From: Tubiluchus corallicola
Lineage: Eukaryota; Animalia; Priapulida
Assembly: GCA_030141605.1 (NCBI GenBank)
Contig: JAQGDQ010000211.1
Span: 208,885-272,884, forward strand
Length of the DNA stretch: 64,000 nucleotides
Direction of reading: 5' to 3'
Made by a program: the position numbers and the translations under genes. Numbering within the stretch: the first letter of the stretch is position 1; each line of letters opens with the position of its first letter. This document shows, piece by piece, positions 13,660 through 64,000 of this stretch. A model generated the notes under the pieces. It was not told where the DNA came from. It searched no databases and saw only the letters and a list, made by a program, of their open reading frames with translations.

Positions 13660-14260
13660 TTCAAACACACTACGTCAGCCTGAAGTATATTAGCTTAATA
13701 AAACGCTGTATTTTAGTAAAAATACTTCTAATCACAAACAAAATTATGTCCAAAAGTACCACATTACAACAATTCTGCTCTTCTGAAGATCTTTGGAGCT
13801 ACATTTTGTGCAGCGTTTTTTTCAGAAACCAAGTTTTCTAAATATTCAACAGAATCCCAAAAACAAAGCCAGCAAACGAACTCCCAAACACCGCTTCAAT
13901 GCACAAACACGACAAAAGGATGATTGACCAATCGTTTGAGATATACAAATAATAAAATTTAGCACATTCACTTTGTAATAAAAATAACGCCTAGATTTAG
14001 CACAAATAGGAATATCATTGGTTAAAGTTCGACAACAAAGGTACGTCAGCTAAACACTCCCAAGCAATAATCCAATAAAGATTATATACAAAGAAACGTC
14101 TGATACATAGGCAAACTTCACTGCACAAAAGCGTGTCGCTTATAATGAAAAAGTCAAAGTACGACTATAAAACAGAATTTCTTCCTGACGGCTATGTTGG
14201 TTTTCCATTACGTCACAGATTTGTGTGTGATTTACCCCGTTTTATCTGACGTCAATACAA
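13660..14260. promoter_or_regulatory. Putative GSK3 promoter, possibly bidirectional, with clustered CRE/ATF and CCAAT motifs
   Basis: TACGTCA at 13671, 14042 and 14209; TGACGTCA at 14247; CCAAT/ATTGG near 13928 and 14017; just upstream of the putative exon 1. Confidence 0.4.
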
Positions 14261-14688
14261 ATTGAGATTTCAATATCTCTTCGCGACTTGAACAACTACC
14301 AAACTATACTAACAAACAATAGCGTTATTAACAAGTGCTGCGAAAATAAATTAAAACAGGGCCAAACATGTATAGCTGTATACATAAGCGATGTGCAGAC
14401 GAGCATCAGGGGATGACTATTACGAAGTAAGTTTACATAAGATCTCATAATCATCAGTTCATAAGTTCTAACGCAATATAGCATTATAATAATTATTATG
14501 TGCGTACATAAGGGAGTAAAAAACCTGTGCATACAAGTTTGATATCTCTTCATGTTTAGTTTGTCTTCTTGCCTGAGTACCTCTATATTTCATCTTAAAC
14601 TCTCACGTAGCAAGCCTCTGCATACCAGCATCTTATGTCATCTATAATTTTTCTTCTTTCTTTCTCTTTCAGAAGAGGCTTTCACTTG

Positions 14689-15247
14689 CATGGGTGCCGC
14701 CAGTTTTAAAAATTTGGCGCAAGAGGAACTAGGAGGTCTGGAACACATACCAATGCATTTTCCTGTATTTAAGCACATTTCGGAAGCCTGAAATGCTATT
14801 TTAAATTCTGGTGCATAGACTCCTCAAACGTGAAAAATTGTGCTTTAGTAAACATATTTTACCTACATTTACCTAGGTAATAATCATTGTATTCCATTGT
14901 TACAGTCATGTGTCCTAAAAGCAAGTTCATAAAACTGCAATGTGGAAGACCCATTACTTAAGCTTAACTTATTTAGTGTCAAATTATCTACCCTGGCAAA
15001 ATATGAATAGTCAAACACTAAACTGATCTGAGACTGCAAAGTTTACAGCCCAGCCACTGTTCATACAAAATTTAGGCATAATTTCACTATGCAAATCAGG
15101 TTACTGTTCTGAGAATGCGCAAAACAAACAAGGGAGCTGCCGTGTTTCTTGGTTTACAACAAAAAAATTATTTAACTATAAAAAAAATTTTCTTAAGAAA
15201 TTCTCTGGACACACGTGCATCAGTGCATCTGACTGCCGGCGCCCGTG
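14689..15247. mobile_element. Degenerate hAT-like MITE
   Basis: CATGGGTGCCG...CGGCGCCCGTG imperfect terminal repeats; imperfect 8-bp flanks TTCACTTG/TGCACTTA. Confidence 0.45.
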
Positions 15248-15434
15248 TGCACTTATCAAGTGGCTAATGTTACTTTAGGCTGTTATAAATTAGTATAGCT
15301 TTGGGCAATGGCTCTTCATAACAGAGCAACATGTCTGCACACTTCACTCTCTCTCGCTGGAGTCACAAAACCTCCGAATTTCTTCACCTGTCTCTAGGCT
15401 GCTTTGATGCAGTCCTGCATCAGCATCGACCTAC

Positions 15435-16161
15435 TTAACTCCTTCAGGACGGCACCATTCAAAACCGATCTCATAAGACCTATGACTTTTCTGCTACCGC
15501 CGACATAGCTATAAAATGATTGCAAATTAGATACTGTTTTTTTGGGTGAATAACGGCTATCCAATTGTGCTATTTGGTTAAACACTTATAAGTGATTTAA
15601 TTAGATAAAATTGAGAAAAACACGCCGTTTTCAGGCACTCCAACTTCGCTTATTGAGTAGCTTTATCTGGTGTACGCCTGCGTGATCGTACGCACTAATT
15701 TATTGATCAACTGCTTGCTACAGTCCCAGCTGTGCAGTGTCCTGCTGCTCCAGGAAAAACCAACAATCAGCCAAGGAAAAATTAAGGCCATCTCATCTTT
15801 TAACAGGAATTCCTCCTTAAAAATATAGCAGACTTGATGCCAAAGTGTGTCACAGTGTTATGTCTGGATAGTTGAAAATTTCTGCATTAGAGAATTTCAC
15901 ACAAGTGATACTGCACTTTGTTACAGTGCAAACACTGCAGTTGCTGAAAGCTTTTTTCAATTTATTTGTCAAAGATCGATATTTAAATTGTCTAAGGTAA
16001 GCTAATGCATTTCGTGTATAATTTTTGCATGAAAGTCCATTGAATGAGGAGTAGAAATCTACAGAAATTATCAAATATAATTTAATCATTGCTTAGTGAG
16101 CGCAGTTTTTTCATGAACCAATTCAAAATGCAGCAAACTCTTACGCTGCTGAAGGAGTTAA
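15435..16161. mobile_element. piggyBac-like MITE (TTAACTCCTTCAG...CTGAAGGAGTTAA)
   Basis: Terminal repeats with TTAA; related element at about 44708-45517. Confidence 0.6.
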
Positions 16162-18329
16162 ACATAATTTATCAGTTTGAGTAAATAGTTAGCTTCTCCA
16201 TCTAGCTTCTGCATGGTGATGGTGGTGGTTGTTGATGTTGTAATTATTATTATTGTTAATATAATGTAATTATTGCTATAATGTTATCAAATATAATGTA
16301 ATTATTGCTTAGTGAAAGCAGTAATGCAGCAAATGCCTGTAATGCAGCAAATGCTTACAGGTCTGACGGATTTAAGAAGATCATATGAATGGATTTCAAG
16401 TGACCTTCAAGCACTGGGACTGCCATTTTCTTGTAATTTCAACCCAAACTTTAATTCAAAATAATGAAACTTTTCGTCCCAAGTTTTCTAATAAAATAGT
16501 TAAACAATAGCTCCTGTCTAATATCTCTATACTAAAGCACAGATGAATCTAATTATAACTATTACTATTATATTTTTGCCATTATGATTATTAGTAACAA
16601 ATTAATAGTGTGCCAGTTTGCCAACACCAATAGCAGGACAGTTTGACTGTTTACAAAATGGTGTTTCTGCAATTAGGGTCATGATTTCATGACTGGAGTT
16701 GTACCGTACATTATCATGAGTATCATAACAGCACTACATCATACATGGTCCAACTTGAATATTGCACAATTATTATTAGAACTTTTGTATTATTTGAGCG
16801 TATTCGATTTTATTCTGTGTAATTTAGCATGATTTGAGGCATGGTGGCCGAGTGGTATGTTGCTCGGTTGCTGGGCTTACAAGTAGGGAATTTTCTATGT
16901 ACGTTCACGTCTGTCTAGTAGTAGTAATTGTTTCATCATTGATACCTATATTGAAAATTGAGACTTGGTAAAAATTGACACATCAAAAAGTATAAAAATT
17001 ATACATAGTATTCATGCATGATACTTCCAGTTATGTTATAATGTCACATAGAAGTTATTTTCCAATTACGATTATTAGAATATTAAAGTTAATGGAGTTG
17101 TTCACTGATGTATGCTTTTCAAACACGAATGCATGGTTTGTGGCTACCTGGATTCGATACTAAGTTTTGGTTTGGCTTGATTCGTAGTACAGCCTGACCA
17201 TATCAGTTTGTCTTGAGGAGAGGATGTGCTGACCGAGTGAATGTGTTTAATTGAGAGATCTCTCTCAGCTATTTATGTACCAAGCCGGTACGTGGTATTA
17301 TTATACTGGTGAGCATGGCTGAGGATAAGCAATGAATTTTGACAATCTTGGACACTGTGCATGGATTTACTATTTGTGCATTTTTTGCAAGCTGTTGCCA
17401 TCTAGTGCTGGTATTGTAAAACTAGTAGGTTAGGCAACTTACCTGCAACATAATTTTATGGTGCAATGAATGCATGCATACCTGCTTATCCTCTACCTAC
17501 TTTGAAATAATGGTTTTTGTGAAGCCTGTGCCAGTGTGCAAACTATTAAGTAACTCTGGTTGTAACTGGTTCCTCACCAAGTTATTCTAGTTTCACTAGT
17601 ATGTAGATAATTGGAAATTTTTAATTTTATATTTCTTTGTTAAAATGCAAAGCAAAGCAAAGGCATTGTAGGTGCTGTTTGGTTCTTTCCATGATTTTCT
17701 GTGCTTTTAACCTTAGGCATAATGTGACAGAAGTTGAACATTAACTAAACTGTGATGTGCTATCATCTGTCAGCCTGCATGACTGATGTATGCCAGTTCA
17801 TATGCATATCTAGTGCACAAGGATTGTGATGCATGTCACTATAAAACTAAACTACAAAACTTCTAGAAAGATTATCTCTGCAGTTGATTTATGCTGCAAC
17901 ACATGATCAACTCCATAACTAACTTTAAGTGATTTGATGTTCTTTAGTTAGCACAATGGTATCTGATAATAAACTTGACTCGAATCTAAATTAAGTTCGT
18001 TAAGGCTTCGCGTCTTGTTTCTGCATAAATACAGTCAAGATCATATCACAGTGTGACTATAATTAGGCAACAAAATGTAAGAAGTTGTTACTGCAACGTA
18101 TAAAGTTAGTTAAGTTTCTAATTAAATGTTTGAGTTTTCGGTCGCCACGTATAAGAAATAAGCCAACGTGCGCTGTTATGAGTTGCGCAATGCTCTTCAT
18201 AACGCGTCCCTCCCAATGAACGAATGAACCCCCACTAAATAAATAAAAAAGATCAGTATCTTAAAACAGTTGCGTCACGGGACGGTCACCCAGCGTTCTA
18301 ACTTCCACCTCGCCCTCACGCCAAACATA

Positions 18330-18530
18330 TTTCAAGGTGTTTCCAAATTTTTTCAGTAATATAACCCAGCTAAACTTGATATAAAACGGTATGACACTAG
18401 GTACAACGAATACACTATTAATTTTTCAAGAACTAATGTTGGTAAACACTTTATTCCTACTCATGGCCCTATAACTTGGAATAAATTACCTGAATACATT
18501 AAAACTTCTGTGTCGCGTATTCCGAATAAT
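18330..18530 (+). mobile_element. CR1-group (Crack/Daphne-like) LINE 3' fragment
   Basis: Translates RYDTR...SRTNVGKHFIPTHGPITWNKLPEYIK. Confidence 0.55.
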
Positions 18531-18819
18531 CACTTTGAATGTGTGGATGTATAATGTATATACAGTACCGCGCCGCTTAATAGACTCACAGTTAATAGAC
18601 TCAATCGTTTAATTGACTCAAAAACGCCTGGAATGGGCCACTTCTATTCAAATATACATAAATCTATCAGTAATTGACTCAAATAACTCCGCATAATGAC
18701 TCAATATTTTTCATTCGCCTACATAAAATGAGATATATGTATGTGCCAAAAGAGCCTTTCCTACTTTTATGTCATCTTTACTTCCCTTTTGTGCACTATG
18801 TATACAGAAACAATCATGT

Positions 18820-18960
18820 TAAGTACTGTTTTGTTTATAAGTAGGTACGTTAATTGAGCAGAATATACGACCAGAGGGGAGCATTTCAAAATATTTATAA
18901 CCTGGATGGAATTCATCTTTCGTGATAACTTGCGCCTCTCTTTGCGACCCTAGTTTCATA
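18820..18960 (-). mobile_element. Rex1/Babar-like LINE 3' fragment
   Basis: DEFHPGYKYFEMLPSGR resembles the Rex1 C-terminal HP..F.LLPSGRR motif. Confidence 0.5.
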
Positions 18961-19489
18961 CAAATATATGATAGATTGCTGTTTAAGTCCTTTGTTTTTG
19001 GAGGCGGATACATTACAATACTTACATTACAATATTGAAAATATATGCTGAAATGTGGCAACTGTTTTCTCCAAAATGGAAGGGGGGGGGGGGAGTTTCC
19101 AAAATCAGCAGAAGACCCGCCATTGTTGCGCTGCTCAAGTGTGTACCTGCTTAATATGATCCATATAAATCCTTCTGTACTGATTCCTGTCTGATGCTAA
19201 TTAGTGTCTATTGTTAATTATTAGCTAATTACCATACTGTAGTAATGTGAATAATAAGAATAGCTTATTTTACCTGGTGTTTAAACTCTGCCTAGATGTT
19301 GGTATTGGAATTAAGTATGAACTAAGAAAGTAGAAAATCTACTCAGAATTTCAAACTCTTTTTTTTTCCTGTTTTTGCTTATTGCTTTGATTATTTTTCT
19401 TTATTTAGTCGCTATGAAAAATTTGCCACCACACAGATGAAGACAGAAGGATCTTACTAGGAGGGAAGTTGAAGGGGAAGCTTAGCATC

Positions 19490-62073
<42,584 letters not shown>

Positions 62074-62824
62074 GTAAGTTAATTCTGCTTTGCATTTCTA
62101 AGGCAGAAGGTCTTCGGTTCGAGTCCCGGGAAAGGTGCAAAATTTTCCAGACTTCTAATTTAGTATTTTCATTCATACGTGTGTGTGACAACTTTCTTTT
62201 ATTGCGTATCAAAGATTCAAAGTTGGTATTCTGGAAAGGAAAGATTACGCCTATACCAAAATTTATGCAAAAAACGTCTGATCGTTAAGAAGATTTGATG
62301 TTCGTCATTTTATTTGGCATCAAATGTAGAAAGTTAGTATAGACGGTTCATTTCCAAAACGAGTCATATTCCATGTCACTACAAATAGTGCAAGTCGAAG
62401 TTTCATTGTTCTACCTGATTAACTTGCTGGCCATTGAGAAATTCCACTCTTCACACAATATGTGTTAATTTTGTTAAAATGAGTATTTGCAGGTAAAAAC
62501 AGCCACGGACCTATTCAGAGGGGTTCTTAAGCTTTGTAAAGATCACATTTTTGTATCAAGGTCATTTTCTGGGTTTTGTGCATTTTCAGCAAATTTATCA
62601 AGTGCTTTATGCTGTTTTGCACAGTAAAGCAAAAGTGAAGCATTTTACACGGGGTGTCTTTCGATTTTTCTCAAATAGATGAACTATCTAAATATTTGAC
62701 AAAACAGTCGACGAAATATCCAACCGGAATTTGCTATTTATGTAAATGCTGGACATAAACTTTTTGTGCACTAATGGTGTTTGTAAAAAAGTTGTGTAAA
62801 ATTTCATGCAACAGCAGGCCGCAG

Positions 62825-63425
62825 CTTAGCTTTAACAACAGGTTGCCACGGCGTTTGTGACACGCAGTTGCTATGCTGTAACAACAGGTTGCCATGGTGT
62901 TTGTGACACGCAGTTGCTTAGCTGGAACAACAGGTTGCCGTGGTGTTTGTGACGCGCAGTTGCTTAGCTGGAACAACAGGTTGCCGTGGTGTTTGTGACA
63001 CGCAGTTGCTTAGCTGGAACAACAGGTTGCCGTGGTGTTTGTGACACGCAGTTGCTTAGCTGTAACAACAGGTTGCCATGGTGTTTTTGACACGCAGTTG
63101 CTATGCTGGAACAACAGATTGCCACGGTGTTTGTGACACGCAGTTGCTATGCTGGAACAACAGGTTGCCATGGTGTTTGTGACACGCAGTTGCTATGCTG
63201 GAACAACAGGTTGCCATGGTGTTTGTGACACGCAGTTGCTATGCTGGAACAACAGGTTGCCATGGTGTTTGTGACACGCAGTTGCTATGCTGGAACAACA
63301 GGTTGCCATGGTGTTTGTGACACGCAGTTGCTATGCTGGAACAACAGGTTGCCATGGTGTTTGTGACACGCAGTTGCTATGCTGGAACAACAGGTTGCCA
63401 TGGTGTTTGTGACACGCAGTTGCCA
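62825..63425. repeat. 48-bp minisatellite
   Basis: ACAACAGGTTGCCATGGTGTTTGTGACACGCAGTTGCTATGCTGGA-like units. Confidence 0.93.
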
Positions 63426-64000
63426 TGTTCATTGTCCTGCTGCAGCATCCTAACCATGCAGTGCAGCCTGGACATTGGTAATAATTGCATTGCTATGGTG
63501 ATCGCGGTAATATTGGCATTGCTATGGTGACCATGCTAATATTGGCATTGCTGTGGTGACCATGCTAATATTGGCATTGCTATGGTGATCGAGTGTTTTT
63601 GTCTGCCATCTAGGGGCAAGTTAAAAAAGCATTGCAAGTGTGTAATTGCACTACCTGCGGTTGTATGTTTTTTTCGTATTTTATGAAATCTCTTTTAAAC
63701 TGTAAACGGTTTATGTATAAGTTTTTTGCTTTTTCATTACCCATTACTAGTTAGATGCAAATGTGATAAAAATAAATCACAGAACACTAGTTTGTGAAAA
63801 GAAACGAATTTACTTGCCAAATTACGTCATAGGGCATGACACGTTTTGGAAACGAACTCGATCGTAGTCTCAAAACAACAAAAATCTGAGTTTAACTTTT
63901 ACAAAAGTTGCCCGAGAATTTTTGTTGGAGGGTTTTTTCTTAAATTATATCTTTGGCGTACTTTCAAGCAGATGCTTGTTTGTTTCTGCTTGTTGACAAA

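Overview
AT-rich, intron-rich genomic DNA from an invertebrate animal; the species cannot be assigned from the sequence. It holds two divergently oriented genes. A GSK3 kinase gene lies on the minus strand: exons at 4011-4201 and 2291-2374, a probable short first coding exon at 13539-13563, and the rest beyond the window start. A long-form MRP/ABCC1-like ABC transporter lies on the plus strand: ATG at 19490, 26 exons traced to 62073, continuing past the window end, with a tandem-duplicated 166-nt exon pair that is probably mutually exclusive. The introns are full of MITEs (Kolobok-, piggyBac-, hAT-, Tigger- and Harbinger-like), minisatellites and LINE remnants. The main find is a three-part retroelement system inside the ABCC introns. 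First, a TSD-flanked RTE-clade LINE with an intact RT ORF but no endonuclease domain. Second, a predicted P4-less HDV-like self-cleaving ribozyme whose first base coincides with the first base of that LINE. Third, two copies of a 5S-rRNA-headed SINE built from the same LINE's 5' UTR and 3' tail, in which the ribozyme is replaced by a Pol III promoter. All coordinates were read by eye; no searches or folding programs were run.
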